The notes: a model not told the origin generated them from the letters alone. DNA of 63,276 nt, filler included, from Intoshia linei (GCA_001642005.1; 6 parts of 6 records of this genome joined end to end with filler, not necessarily neighbours in it), one strand, 5' to 3'; positions 12,949 through 26,989 are shown, counted from the first letter of the whole stretch. Made by a program: numbers and translations.

Positions 12949-15866
12949 ATGTCTGTTGTCGGATTCGATTTTGGTTATTCACAATGTGCAATTTCAATAG
13001 TTAAAAATGGTACTTTGGAATGCGTAACAAATGAATCTTCTGAAAGATTAACTTCGTAAAAACTATTTTAACTGTATAATTTTTTTTAGAAATGTTATTA
13101 GTTTTTCGGATAAAAGAAGATTTATGGGTCCTGGTGGACTTTCAAATATCAAATCTAATTTAATAAATTCTGTGTTTAAATACAAGTACTTGATAGGATA
13201 TCCATTAAATCATGCAGAAATTCAAAAATATCTTCCATTTTTACCTTATTCCTTGGTTTCAAATGAATCGAATACAATTTCAATCAAAGTGACATTTGAT
13301 TTAATGATTAATAAAAATATTTTTAGGTAAACTACTTTAACCGTGAATGCACTTTTACAATTGTACAAATTATTGCAATGATGCTCACTAAATTAAAACA
13401 AATTACAGAAAATTATACCAACTTGTGTGTCTCGGACGTTGTTATTTCAGTCCCAAATTATTTTACAGACATTCAGCGTCGATGCATGTTGACAGCTGCT
13501 AAAATTGCTAATATTAACTGTTTACGTCTCATGAATGACACTACAGCGATAGCCACTTGTTATGGTATGCCATTCATTTTCATTTATAATTTTTCGTTTA
13601 GGTTTTTATCGTCAAGATTTTCCAGCAGTCGATAAACCTCCTAAAAAGGTTATCATGATGGACTATGGTGAAAATTCTTTACAAATCTGCGCTGTAGAGT
13701 TTAATAAAGACACACTTAAGGTATTATACTTATGAAATAGTTTATCATGTATAGATTGTTGCAGCTGATCACGGAATATGTGGTGGTCATTACATTACTC
13801 TTGCCATTACTAGACATTTCATCAAACAATTAAAGGATTCCAAAAAAATTACCATTAAAGAAGATTCAAAATCATTTTATAGATTGTACGTCGAATGTGA
13901 AAAATTAAAACGAAGAGCAGTCATTTCCAAACTATCTACCTCTTCTCACATTGACTGTCTTGCGGAAGGTCAAGACGTGGACCTCGTTTTAGATGTTGAT
14001 ACAGTATACAATTTGTCAGCTAAAATATTTGAAAAGGTAGAGCAAGTTATGCAAAATATACTGGTTACCTCTGGTTTATAATTTTTTGAAATGTATAATT
14101 GTATTTATAGATTGGTCTGTAGATTCTATTGATGATGTCGAGCTGATTGGTGGTTCATCGAGAATACCTTATTTTAAAGAAATTGTTGCTAAAGTATTCA
14201 AAAAACAACCTAATTCTACTAATAATTTGGACGAAGCCATTTCTCGTGGATGTGCTCTCCAATGTGCTATTTTATCGACTCGATTTAAAGTTAAGGAATA
14301 CAATATATTTGAATGTCAACCCTACTCTATATCTGTAAAATACCCTTCTTCAGACATCGATACTTATGTTACTGAAATATTTCAAAAAAATTGCACAATT
14401 CCTGCATCAAAGTTGATTACATCATATAACACTGCACCTTTCAGCGTGGACGCATTTTATACCAATCCAACTGAGCACATGTGTCAGGAAAAAATTGCTT
14501 CTTTTGATATATTGGACGTTGTGCCTACTAAGGATGACATGCCATCTAGAGTGAAATTGAAATTGAGAATTAATAAAAACGGAATTTTTGTTGCTTACGA
14601 TGCAAAAATATTGGTCGTCACAGAAGAAATGGTCCCGGAGGAAAAACCAAAAGAAATTCCTCAAAAGAAAGATGTTAAAATGAAAGACGTTAAAGATGAA
14701 AGCCCTAAGGAATCTGATTCTAGCGAAAACACAACTGAAGAAAGTTTGAAAGAAGACACTGACATGAAAGATGTTGATGTTAAACCAGAAGTTGTTGATG
14801 TTAAACCAGAAGTTGTTGATTCCGAAATGAAAGATGTTGAAAAGAAAGAGGTTTGTCAATATAATAATGTAAATTAATTTATATAGGTCAAAATGATTAA
14901 AAAACTGAAAAACAAACTTTATGATTTGAAAATTAAATCAAAAATCCATGGACCACAATTCGATGATATTAATCTATTGGTAGACTTGGAAAGAAATTTG
15001 ATTAACAAGGACGCTGATGAAATTAAAAGGCAAGTTACAGCAAACGCTCTAGAAAGTTCAATTTATGAAATGCGAAGTTGTTTCGGCGAAGATAAAAAAT
15101 ACGATAAATTTACTCCAAAAAAGGTACACTATGGTTTATTTTTTTAACATGGCAATAGGTTACAACTTCTATTTTAAAACTTTGCAATGAACTGGAAAAT
15201 TGGTATTTTGAATATTTCGATTACTCAACTGCGGATTATGCCGACAGACATGCAAATTTAAATGTAATTGTTAATTTAGATTTACTTAAAAATAATATTT
15301 TAGAATTTAGCTAAAGACAGTATAAAACGTCACGACGATCATAAGAATCGACCAGAATTGTACAATACACTTAGTTCTAGAGTACATCAATTGGGCGATT
15401 TAATCGCTAGATATGAAAGCGGGGTACTTTGATTTATTATTTATGTACATTTTAAATCTTTAGGAAGAACAATTCAACCATCTTAAAAAAGAAGATGTCG
15501 ACAAGGTGAAAGTTCAGCATAAGACATTTTTGGCATGGTTCGAAAAAAGTTGGACCTCTAACAATAAAATGGATTTAAGTAAAGATCCCATTCATTGGTC
15601 GATAGATATAGAAAAAGAAATTAAAGTTTTTTTTTTTTTGAAATAGTTTATTTAAATTTTAGGCAATTGAAAATACTTCCCTATCTATAATGACTCAAGC
15701 TAAGCCAAAACCACCACTGGTGACTCCAAAGGATGATAAAGAAACTAAAGACGAAGACACCAAAAAGGAAGAAACAACGGATCAAAAAGAAAATGGAGAT
15801 GTTGCAACTCAGATTTTGGATGATGATCAGAAAAGTGTTGAAATGAATGGAAATATTACACTGTAG
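12949..15866 (+). CDS. HSPA4: Heat shock protein 110 family (HSPA4/HSPH1-like), multi-exon
   Basis: MSVVGFDFG start; VVISVPNYFTDIQRR, LRLMNDTTAIATCYG, VELIGGSSRIP, DEAISRGCALQCAILS, acidic loop and NALESSIYEMR. Stop TAG 15864-15866. Confidence 0.93.
14773..14820 (+). repeat. 21-bp in-frame tandem duplication (VDVKPEV x2) in the HSP110 acidic loop
   Basis: GTTGATGTTAAACCAGAAGTT is directly repeated. Confidence 0.85.
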
Positions 15867-16718
15867 TTTAATAAATTTATTTATTTCACTCAGTTTTCCA
15901 CTACACTATTTATTTATTAATACCATTTTATATTTTGTATCATACAAATCAAGTCATCAATACAGTCTTTGGGAAGAGACAATGGGGTTGACTATTTTTA
16001 TTTTAAAATGTATAAAATGACATGCTATTGATAATAATCTTTTTATAATTTAATTTGATGGTTATTTTTAATCTAACCAATTCTGACTTTCCAGTTTTTT
16101 TCCAGGATGTCTGTACCCAAGCTGTGGAGAGCCAGCAGTAGGCCCCTATAAAAAATTTTTTTATATATTTTTCATGATTTCAATTTATCCTTAGTTATGC
16201 ACTTATTCCAGTATTTTTTTTTTTCATTTTTCCAAATTGAGTTTTAAAAAATGTTTTATTGAAAATCATAACTATTTTGTGTGTTAAATTTAATATATTA
16301 AGTCAAGAGGCTTAGAGATGTCGTTATGAACTATATGACACTATAGCTTGTGAAAAAATTTTTTATTTCCTATTTTTCTTTTTCGAGTTGTCTCAAGCTT
16401 GGTAGGTTCGGCTCTGTGTATACTAGCTGACGATATTTAGAACAATGTACATAAAATTAATAAAAATTTTTGGCATTATCTGACCTCTTTACTTTAATGA
16501 CTATAGTTAATCACTTTGTTTATATGGTCTCGGTAAGGATTAATGAAATGTTTTGCGAGACAATGTTTAAAATTTAAATCCACGTTTAACGTTCCACTTT
16601 TATACAATTTGAATAGAAAATGACTATAAACTAAATGACACTAATTTAAAATATTTCAATAAAGTTTATTCGTTATGTTAGCAATGTATATTTATTTCTT
16701 TCTCGTTAACTCTCGTAA

Positions 16719-18281
16719 ATGATTGATCTCGACCCTAGCATAAAATTTGACCTAGAAGACACAGCCAATATTCTTTCGATATTGGGAGAGGATTATACCG
16801 CAGAGTCAGGTATTTGCTTATCTTTTGATTAACAAAAATTATATTAGATTTGGTAAAAATTAAACTTTGCATTCGTAATCTCATATGGATCACTTACAGA
16901 AAATCTTTCCCCTACATTAGTATTTTTGAATAATCTTAATATAGTTTGGATTTAGGTATTTCATATTCTAGTTCGGATCATGGATGGGGCTGTATGATTA
17001 GATGTGGCCAAATGATTTTAGCCCAAATACTTCAGAGAAAATACCCCAATAAACAACGAAAGCTTATTCTAAAAGATTTTCTTGATTCATTTTACAGCAA
17101 ATTTTCAATTCAGAATATAGGTTTTTATACAAATATTATAAATTAACTCATCAATCTAAAATTTAATCAACTAGGGCTGAATTTATTTTCAATATCATTG
17201 ATTTAAAAAATATCTTCCCAACGCATATTAATGTTGAATTTACAATTTTTTGTTTTTATTCTTTCCATCCACAATTTTATTATTTTGACATTTAGCTAAG
17301 AAAGGAGAAACAAAAGTGAATAAAACAATCGGTGGTTGGTACGGGCCAAGTTCCATATCCAGAGTACTACAGTAAATTTTTGATTTACCAAATTAATATA
17401 AAATTCAGAGCACTATCGGATGAAATAAAAGATCCGAATATATCCAATGTGAATATAATAATAGGCTACGATTCTACTGTATATTTGGACAAACTCAGTA
17501 TATTTAAAATAATTCATTATTATTTTTTTATAGTTCAACAAGAACCATTCAATGGAGTTGCTCTTTTCATACCATTGATGTTGGGTGTTGGATATATAAA
17601 CACAATTTATATAAAGCAACTGATTGTTTATTACTGTGAATATACTTTTTATTATATATGTAGAAATGCATAAGAGATCCATGTAGTGTTGGATTTATTG
17701 GAGGAAAACCAAAAAGAGCATTTTGGTTTATTGGATACTCAGAAACATGTACATATTTAATTATTTTATTTACATTTAGCTAACCAACTCTTATACCTCG
17801 ACCCCCATACTACACAAGAATCAATTGTAAGACCGAAACATTATCAAACCAACGCTCCATCAATCCAATATGACACTGAAAGTGAAGACGAAAAAATTAT
17901 GATAGACAGTTTAGATTTTGATGTGGAATCTTATTACCCCCAAAATATTTTTTCTGCAGAATTTTCTGAAATAGATTGTTCTCTATCTTTGGTTAAATTA
18001 AATTTTGCCGTATCTAATTTTGAAATTAGGCATTTTTCTTTCCCACTGTGGAATCGATACATGATTGGGCTAAAAGAATGAAAAATGACATTATAGAAAA
18101 TAAAAATTCAGCTATATTATCAATTTTGGATACGAAGCCTCAATACATGAACACCGAAACGAATGTTGATCCTGATGGTACTTTAAGATGAAATTAATTG
18201 GTTCCTTTTATTTTTATCATTTATTTTATAGATGAATTTATTGTATGCGATTCTGACCCAGAATTTGAACTGATTAATTAA
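16719..18281 (+). CDS. ATG4: Cysteine protease ATG4, multi-exon
   Basis: IWITYRKSF, SDHGWGCMIRCGQMILAQ (catalytic Cys), WYGPS, GFIGGKPKRAFWFIG and YLDPHTTQ (Asp/His); C-terminal LIR-like EFELI. Confidence 0.92.
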
Positions 18282-18339
18282 ATTATTGTTACAAATGTAA
18301 AATTAAATTGTTATAAATGGTTTAATGTACACGTTAAAA

Positions 18340-19412
18340 CTATCCTAGACCGTTATCATCGAAAAATCCATATTGGCTTTCCTATATAGAAATAATGTAA
18401 TTTCATTTCATCTTACTTCATTTATTAAATCGTGATCATTAATTATCCTTAATATTTCTTTTTTGTTGGTTTCTTGGACTAATCCACCCAATAAAAATTC
18501 ATCCAAAATATAATATGCTTTTTCATAGTTGAAAATAATGTCTAATTCACACACCTGATATAAAAAATTTAAATTATTATTATAATGTACTTACGTTTCC
18601 GAAATATTTGTCCAGTGTTACTACGTACTGATGGATCACTTCCAGGATGAGCAATTCATTATCTTCCCGGTCAGTTATCGCACAAAAATGGAGTCCGGCA
18701 TATCTAAATGACCACATTTATATATACATTACGCTTTTTAATTTTCAAATGTCATTTCAAGCCTTAAACGTTAACGTTTCAATCATTTTGGATTGAAGGT
18801 TGCTTATTTTTTTAAACATATACTTTTGTGGTGAAATATTTGAAAGGTAAAATAGATATTTTTCGGGAAAAGATACACTAGTGATTTCATAATTACAGAA
18901 AATGGAAACTAAAATATTTATAAATTTAAAGTTCAACAACGTACAAAAATGAACCTCAAATTTTATTGGTCCGTTTTAAAAATTATTTATCAATTCATAT
19001 CTAAGTTTAAAAAGATTAAATATAATGAGTTGAGCCATTTAAAGTATATAGTAGTATAGTATCTTATCTGGGGCAAATTTGAACAATGTAAGTTTATGAA
19101 ACACTATAATTAAGTAACATGCATATTAGCTAATAGATATTAAATGTAACTACTAAAATTGGAAATACACTATGAATAAATTTAAAACCTTTTCCAAACT
19201 ACCTTTTTGTCTTTCCATTCAATAAAATTGCAAGATCTTGTTTTTCTATTTAAGATATTACCAATTAGTTCTCTCGATAATTGTTGTTTTTCTTTTTCTG
19301 TGTACGAAGAATACCATTTTTGTAATCTAATTTTACCCTGTCGTGAAAAGAGTAAAAAGATATTTATCTAAAATTTACAAATTTAAAAAAGGAACACAAA
19401 TCAAGTTACCAT
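18340..19412 (-). CDS. AP1S1: AP-1 complex sigma subunit, multi-exon
   Basis: M|[25 protein letters not shown]|[20 protein letters not shown] and YFGN|[20 protein letters not shown]; ends GFFDDNGLG*. The symbol denotes the family, not paralog orthology. Confidence 0.92.
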
Positions 19413-19549
19413 CAGATTTTTGATTTATTTTTTGTTGTATAAATACACCAAGCCAATATAACTTAATTACAAAATCCAATATAGTTCTACTTGACGACAT
19501 GATTTGTTTCGTAATCGTGTTATTTAAATAAAACTATCAATCTTGAAGA

Positions 19550-22500
19550 ATGCAAGAATCTTACATATCCCTGTATATTTATGATTTTAGTAATTTATAG
19601 TTAAATAGATATGAAAATGAAGAATTTATAGAGATTTATAAGAATAATAATCGTCTCAGAATAAACCGCTTAACCGATCAAGTTTCTTTCACAACTGAAC
19701 GTAGTTTATTTTGACATTACATATATTGTATTCACTGGTTCCCCAATGTTGTGACTTGAAATAGCTAAGAATTTGGTGAAATTGAGAAACTATATACAAC
19801 AGGGAATTTCCTCTTAGAGGGATTTTATTTGAATTTCATGTATCCTAGGAATATAGTTTTTGACCCAAGGGGTCCAGAGACTCCAATTGGGAACCGCTGG
19901 GTTAAATTATAGGAAACTTATTTAGGCACACTAATTAATACATTATGTTTTTAATTAAATTAACAATTAAGATGTTAAGATTATCAATGGGTTGATTTTT
20001 TATATATTTTTAACATACACATAATTAATACCATTAAAATGCAACTACTCGTCAATAATGAATTTTTTTGAACGCCATTGTAAAGATTATGAAAGTTCAT
20101 TAATTTATTCAAATTTATTATAATGAAATTAGAAAAAATGGTTTTTAATTTTGATGTTATTGATTTTTTGACTAAATTTTTGTGGATTTTTCATCCAATT
20201 TTTAAAGATTTTCAAGATAATTTTGGGTCCAAAATTTGATAGGGTTTTTAAGGGAATATTTTTAACATTTTAAGGGCCTTCAAAATCGTTAAAAATTGGG
20301 TGAAACAAAATATAAATCGTGTGTGTAACAATTTTTATGGTTACAATTATTATAATAGTATTTAACTCTAATTTTAATTTTATATTAGTTCAAAATTCTA
20401 GCGATAATACTGCAATAAAAAAGCCAATTGTATATTTGGCATTATTTGGAATTATAAATATACATGGAGGTTTACTATTGATTATAATTACAAATAGAAA
20501 ATTGGTGGGTGAATTTAAACTTGGACGTATTTGGAAAATTACAGAATATGAAATAATTCACTCTAGACGCAATTATTTGCACGTCGGTCTAGATCAGGTA
20601 TTTTATGTTTTTTATGAAACCAAAAGTGTGTTAAAATCTGCAACTGAAACGCCGGTGTACTCCATTCAACCGAGATCGTCAGATATTAATCCATCATAAT
20701 GGACCCTTTTTGAAAGTTTGAGTTAATTTCACACTTAGAAAGCGGAAAACCAAAAATTTGTGGAATTTATTGACTATTCTATGCATCAGAATGGATATTA
20801 TTATTCCAACGATTTTGATTTAACCTTAAAACTACAAAATGTTTACGATAAAACTGTAATTTTTTTATTGTAATTATCTACATGTATTTAAATTATTTTA
20901 GACAATAAATACTTTTTTTTGGAACCAATCATTACAAAAACCTTTAATCAATTGTAACGCTCACACATTTTTTTGCAAATTTATTCATGGATGTATTTTA
21001 ACGTTTATTTTCGGTATTAATTATTTAGTTGTAGAATTTACTCAGTTTTGGATAAACAATAAATGCATCAATTACATTCTTGTATCACGACGCGGTAGAA
21101 ATTCAGCTGGAACTAGATTTTATCGTCGCGGTTGTGATGAATATGGAAATGTCGCCAATTTTGTTGAAACTGAACAAATTATAACGATCAATGATGATAT
21201 TTATTCCTACGTTCAAGTAAATTTAATTTCCGGGGTTTCTTAAATATTTGTGAACATTTTAATTTTAGATTCGAGGTTCTGTTCCTTTACTTTGGTGTCA
21301 ATATCCTAATTTGAAATACAAACCTTATCCAAATTTAGAAATATCAAGAGACGCTCAAGTAATACTTACTATTTCAAAATAACAATTTTTAATTAATTTT
21401 AAATTTTATAGCAAGATGTTTTTCTCGGCCATTTTAACAAGATAGACTCGTATAATTCTATCGTATTTGTCAATTTGGTATATTATCGTATGCATTAATC
21501 GTTTAAAATTAAACATAGCTGGACAAAAAAGGAAAAGAATTGGAATTAACCTATACATATAGCGAAGTCATCAAAGCTAATATTGATAATTTTAAAAGGC
21601 GAAATATGTCAAATAAATTATTGTATGCTTTTTTTTTTTTTAAATTAAAAAAATATAGATATGAAGAATTTGAATTCCACAAAGAATGCCCGGGATTGAA
21701 CTGGAATAGATTGTCAGTTTTAATTGAAAGAATGAAACCGTTTTTAACGAAAAATGAGTATCATGTATCAAACAGTTATTTTTATATTGTAGTTATTTAA
21801 AAGTATCCTCAAACAGAATTTGCTTGGTTCAAAATGGTTTGATCAGAACCAATTGCATTGATTGCTTGGACAGGACTAATGTTACTCAGAGTTTGATGGC
21901 GCTCGAAATTATTAAAATACAACTACAGGTCATTTAATTTAAGAGTTGTACATTTTAAATTAGGAAGCAAACGTCATCAACTGCGGAATTGAAATTACAA
22001 AAAACCAAGAATTTATGTCAAAGTTTAAGAATTGTAATATATTTGTTAAATCTAAATATAATTATATAGTATGGGCGGACAATGCAGACATGCTATCTAT
22101 TCAATACGCAGGAACAAAAGCATTGAAAACTGATTTCACTCGGTATGGGAAAAGGACTCTTAGTGGGGCTATAAATGATGGAATAAATTCACTAAAAAGA
22201 TATTTTATAAATAATTTCAATGACGGGTTTAGGCAGGTAGAAAATTATTGTATAATTTCATTATTTTGGATTTAAGGATTCTGTCGATTTCATAACTGGA
22301 AATTATTCTATAGATGATGAAATAATCCACACTGATAAACAAATAAATTCACGATTCAGCTTTACCAAAACAGTTTTTATGATATAAATATTTTGATTAA
22401 CTTTCATTTAGATGTGGACCGCTTTTATATTATCCATTGTCATGTTTTTTATAAATATATTGTTTGGAGGTAATTTACTATTGATCAGTTTCAAAAAAAT

Positions 22501-23891
22501 TTGTATCATGATTCATGATTCATTCACAAGTGTAATTTCTTCACACATGAAGAATCATAGTAAATGGTGCACTATTTTATTTGATAATCATTTTTCATAA
22601 AGTTTGGAATGGTTGGACTAGAACAGGGGTGCACAATGTACGGCCGCATGCGTCTGTGAGAGCGTTTATGTGCGGCCGTGGGCAATACATCTGATCATAA
22701 TAAATTATAACAAATTTTATAATGTTATAACAAATGATCATAACAAATTGAAAAGTTAAAATGAGATTTTATTCAAGGTCTATTTAAAATATTTTAATCA
22801 AAAAGTTACATTCTTGACTTTGCCCCAGTTTCTCAAATGTTAGCGAAGGACACAAAAAATCAAGGCAGTCACTGATATCTTTTTTTATTTCATTATTCAT
22901 ATTTACATATTTTTTTATGTCTTCCACTCTAATGTATCAACAAATCGGTTTTTAATGGAACTTTTTTCTGTTGTCCAATTATTATTAATTATTTATCGAA
23001 AAATTAATGATTAATGTTTTTAAAAAAAAATATTAATAAAAAGAGATTTTTAAAATTATTTTTAAATTAGGTTTTTTTTATGGAATCAGTCAGAAGAATT
23101 ATTAATCTAAAAATTTCGTAAAAGGGATTTTTCATAAAAATATTGGTAAAAGCGATTTTTTTCTTTAAGGGTTGTTAAAATTTGGTTTTTTCTTTTAGAA
23201 TCAGATAGGGTAGTTTTTATTCTAAAACTTTGGTAAAAATGGATTTTTAAAAAAAATATTGGTAAAAATAGATTTATTCCTTAAGGGTTGGTAAAATTTT
23301 GATTTTTTACCATAAGATTATATTAAATTGGATGATTTAATGAAATATGTTGAAAATTGTAGATTTGCCTACAATCATCTAAATTTTCGTATTCACCCCT
23401 TGGGGTGACCAGTTACCCTCATGAGAAGCACTGCATTAATCCTACTATTGCTATTTATTCCGATTCAGATAAATGACAAATATGGTGTTAATTTATATGA
23501 GTAAATTAAGGATTAATTTTAATTGAAAATTATTAATTAAAATTTAAAGAAAACTATTTTATTAGACCTAAAATTTAGGTCCAGAGTAAATTTTCTCAAT
23601 GTCGAAGTAAAATTTGTGCGGCCGTACTATCAATGAGAAAAGTAGCATTGTAGCTAAATTGGTGGAAAGGTTTTGCACCCCTGGACTAGAATATAAAATT
23701 TAATCGTTTCATGTGATTAATTTTGACAATTTATACATTAATGATTAGTATATTTAGACGTATTTACAAAAAGAAAAATATTAAATGTATTATTTTGGGC
23801 CAGTTGCTCATTATTTTGTGGAAAAATAATTTTTATATATGGAACCTGCTTTGTTGATAAACCCACTCTAATAAAAGTAAAGAAAGATTGA
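19550..23891 (+). CDS. SACM1L: Phosphatidylinositide phosphatase SAC1, multi-exon
   Basis: SRRGRNSAGTRFYRRGCDEYGNVANFVETEQ, IRGSVPLLWCQYPNLKYKP, catalytic RTNCIDCLDRTNVTQ and WADNADMLSIQYAGTKALKTDFTR; two C-terminal TM segments; KxKxx end (KVKKD*). Confidence 0.93.
19733..19899. mobile_element. Short hAT-like MITE in a SAC1 intron
   Basis: Termini CACTGGTTCCCCAA and TTGGGAACCGCTG; TSD not preserved. Confidence 0.5.
22624..23683. mobile_element. Non-autonomous hAT (Buster/Charlie-type) element in the last SAC1 intron
   Basis: CAGGGGTGCA ... TGCACCCCTG TIRs with a perfect 8-bp TSD GACTAGAA (22616-22623 and 23684-23691; NNNTANNN pattern). Confidence 0.92.
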
Positions 23892-23988
23892 ATTCCTTTT
23901 TACAAACAGAATAAATTATTTATACGCATTATCATTAGTAAAGTCAAAACTGTTTATTTGAAAAGAAATTGTTCGTCTTATTATATAA

Positions 23989-24972
23989 CATTAGACAACA
24001 CTGAAAAATACAGTTGCATAAAAATAATACCATCTTGTGGATAATCTAACACTGATTTCAATGATATATTATATTTATAAATTTTAGTTCATATAACCCA
24101 TTTATTAATACTTTTAATGTTGAAAAAAATATAACAAGGTTTCACTTCCATTCTTAAATTGAGTAATTATATCATTCAAAATAATGTTTACATTAAAAAG
24201 GTGAAGTTTTATAAGTTTGAATATTTATTTATTAATTTAAAATACATGCGTGCGAAATAAACGAAACATTATTATTGCTTTTTCTGTGTTGTATATTTGC
24301 CAAACATTAAAAAATCTTACTCTATAACTGATAAATGTAAAAATTTGATAATGCAAATATACAGTTTAATATACGAGAATCAACTTTGAAATCCCTCAAA
24401 TCTATATCAAACGTGCCATTCGTCTATAATGAGATTTAAAAAGAGATTTGTGACATCTAAAATATGGAAACATTCAGAAAGTGCGAATGACTGCTATTTC
24501 TATATTCTGAAAAGAAGAAAACAAAGCCTGAATAAATTAAGCCTTTACTTGTATCCGGCCACCAAAAGTTTAACTTTACCAATTCCAATGGAATTATATA
24601 ATTTAGTTTCATCATCTCAAGAAACAGTTGTTTCAATGTATACTGAGGAATATCCAAATCAACCAATTATTTATACAGAAAAAAAAATTTAATTTATTAA
24701 TATATTTTTTTTAAATATAAATAGCTAATAACCTTTTGATACTAATAAACTGTAAATAAAACTGATAACTAATCGAACTAAACCTTTTCCGTAAATCTGG
24801 ATTTAGACACTAGAATGTATTGTTANNNNNNNNNNNNNNNNNNNNNNNNNNNNNNNNNNNNNNNNNNNNTTAATTAATTAANNNNNNNNNNNNNNNNNNN
24901 NNNNNNNNNNNNNNNNNNNNNNNNNGGTCTCATGCAGATCCTCGAAAAAAGTTTTCATTTTGTTGTCTAGTG
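23989..24972 (+). mobile_element. Chapaev3-like (CMC) transposon relic spanning spacer 1
   Basis: Ends CATTAGACAACA and TGTTGTCTAGTG with a TAA flank on each side. Decayed N-terminal Cys-rich coding: YCFFC...SITD...IWKHSESANDCYFY...YPATKSLTLPIP. Confidence 0.55.
24826..24925. other. Assembly spacer 1
   Basis: N44 + TTAATTAATTAA (stops in all six frames) + N44 = 100 bp. Confidence 0.98.
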
Positions 24973-25787
24973 TAATACATACAAAATATTATAGTTAATC
25001 TTATTGAGGGCGATATAGAATAAACGTCCAAGCATTATTGGTTTAGGGGGATAGATGAAAATTATTGATAATTATTATGAGTATTAAAATTACATAATAT
25101 AAAAAGGTTACACCTAAATGTATTTAATTGGTGCCAACAGCGCGCCACGAAAACATTTTGGAAGCATGGATGTATATGATTTCTAAAATTACTTATTGTT
25201 TACATATTGTATGTAAAAATAATTGTGCTCGGTTTTGGGGTCGTAAATGATGCTAAAATCTAAAAATACGGAATTCTCAACGGGAATAGTTTTTTTAAAA
25301 GTTAATTTTTTTATTTCAATACATCGGTGCAAAATTCTATAAATAAAGTGTTACATGATATAATTTATGTAATAAAAATAATACAAATATCCAATATAGT
25401 CTAATAAAATGAATGATATTTGATGTAATTGCTTGTAAACATTTTATTGAAATCTTTCTTTGTTAAATTTTATTAAATTATCATACTTCCAACTGGTTGT
25501 ACACTATCGATTTTAACTTACATTTTTTATTCTAATTGTAGGGTTAGAATTTATCCAAAATCGAAATTAAACAATTTTTCATAACATTTAGTTTAGTTCA
25601 GAATATACATGTATAAATGTATGTAACAATTTCACCGATTTAAACAGTTAATGTATCAATTATTATACCTGGATTAACATTAATTTCCCCGCTTTACGGT
25701 CCTAAACGGAAATCATACAATAAAGCTAAGTTTGAGGGTGAAATAACTTGTATATACTAGGTGGGCACTTTTTATATATTTCTAAAG

Positions 25788-26650
25788 CAGCATTTCTCAA
25801 CCCTTTTTTCACTATGGACCACCATAAACCAAAGTTACAAAATGCCGGATCGCGGAAGAATTTTCATCTTAACGAATTTACCAACTTTAATTTCAATAGA
25901 TATATATTTATATTAAAAACGAGGAATAAAATTAGTAAAGTAAATTGAATGTACAAAAAATATAATTAATAATAATGTATAACATGAAACTACATTTATA
26001 TTTTTTAAAAATATTTGTTCTTGGTGTTTTTACAGAAAATGCTGCCTCAACTAACCACGTTGTTGGAAATGAATGATTGAATATTATACATTTAAAAAAT
26101 CTCTGGATAAGACTCCATTAAAATATATCCGAATATTCTTTCCCTTTCTATTTTATTAATAAGACAATTATTTTTTTTCAAATCTAATAATTGTTCATTA
26201 ATTTTACAGATATCATTATTTTGTTCAAAATTAGATAGATCAAAAAACACATTAAAAAATTTTTTTCTAAAGTATCTGTAAATGTTCTATGAAAATCTTT
26301 AAAAATCCCATCCAAATGGGTATAACAAGCTTACATACAACATTGATAAAGTTTAATGTGAATTTTCGATATCTAGGAAAGGTTTTCCAAAATATTAATT
26401 TCTTTCAACTTATATTTCAGATTTTTTTCTTTGCACATTTTGATTAAATTGATATATAATATCACTATAATATATTTTCTAACATTAATAATTAATAATT
26501 TTCTAAAATAATTGTTTCATTCAAAGATTTATGATTTATGGTGAGTATTTTTATTTTTTACCTTATTCTGGTTTTTAATGATGGTTGACTTCCTTGCAAT
26601 TAATCCCAAAACTGTAAGTAAATCTTTAAATTTATTTTGTAAAATACACA
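25788..26650 (-). mobile_element. hAT (Charlie-type) transposase relic
   Basis: Terminus CAGCATTTCTCAACC; minus-strand FPTTWLVEAAFS dimerisation motif near 26030-26075. Confidence 0.55.
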
Positions 26651-26989
26651 AAACCTATACCCGTGTTGCTCAGCTTATTTTCCATTGGGTGCACTTGGAT
26701 GTAATTTTAAAAAATTGGCACTCTAGAAAACAGTAAATTTTTTATAATTTGGGCGCTAACTGAAAATGTATACAGTTGTATAAGATTTTGCTAGAAAATA
26801 ATGCGAATTAAGATAAAAATTTTTTTTGATATCAAAACGAAAACAACAGATGTAACTGTCTTCAACTGAAATAGATTACTTGTAGTCTACAAGTAAGTAA
26901 ATTTCAATTTTATTCAAATTTTTTAATTAATAAAAACCAAATTATTTACTAATATTTACAAATTATTAATAAATATAAGCAAAAAAGAT

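Noticed and set aside
14422-14859. 145-aa minus-strand ORF
   Set aside because: Antisense shadow of the Lys/Glu/Asp-rich HSP110 exon.
18703-19200. Missing micro-exon in AP-1 sigma
   Set aside because: The exon reads through to KVVWKR using a later GT donor, so no extra exon is needed.
23040-23330. Regularly spaced TTGGTAAAA units as a CRISPR-like array
   Set aside because: Degenerate AT-rich minisatellite inside a hAT element, also seen near 51990-52140; eukaryotic context, no unique spacers and no cas genes.
24870-24881. Recurrent palindrome TTAATTAATTAA as a biological repeat
   Set aside because: It is always centred in exactly 100 bp of N padding, so it is a synthetic six-frame stop linker.
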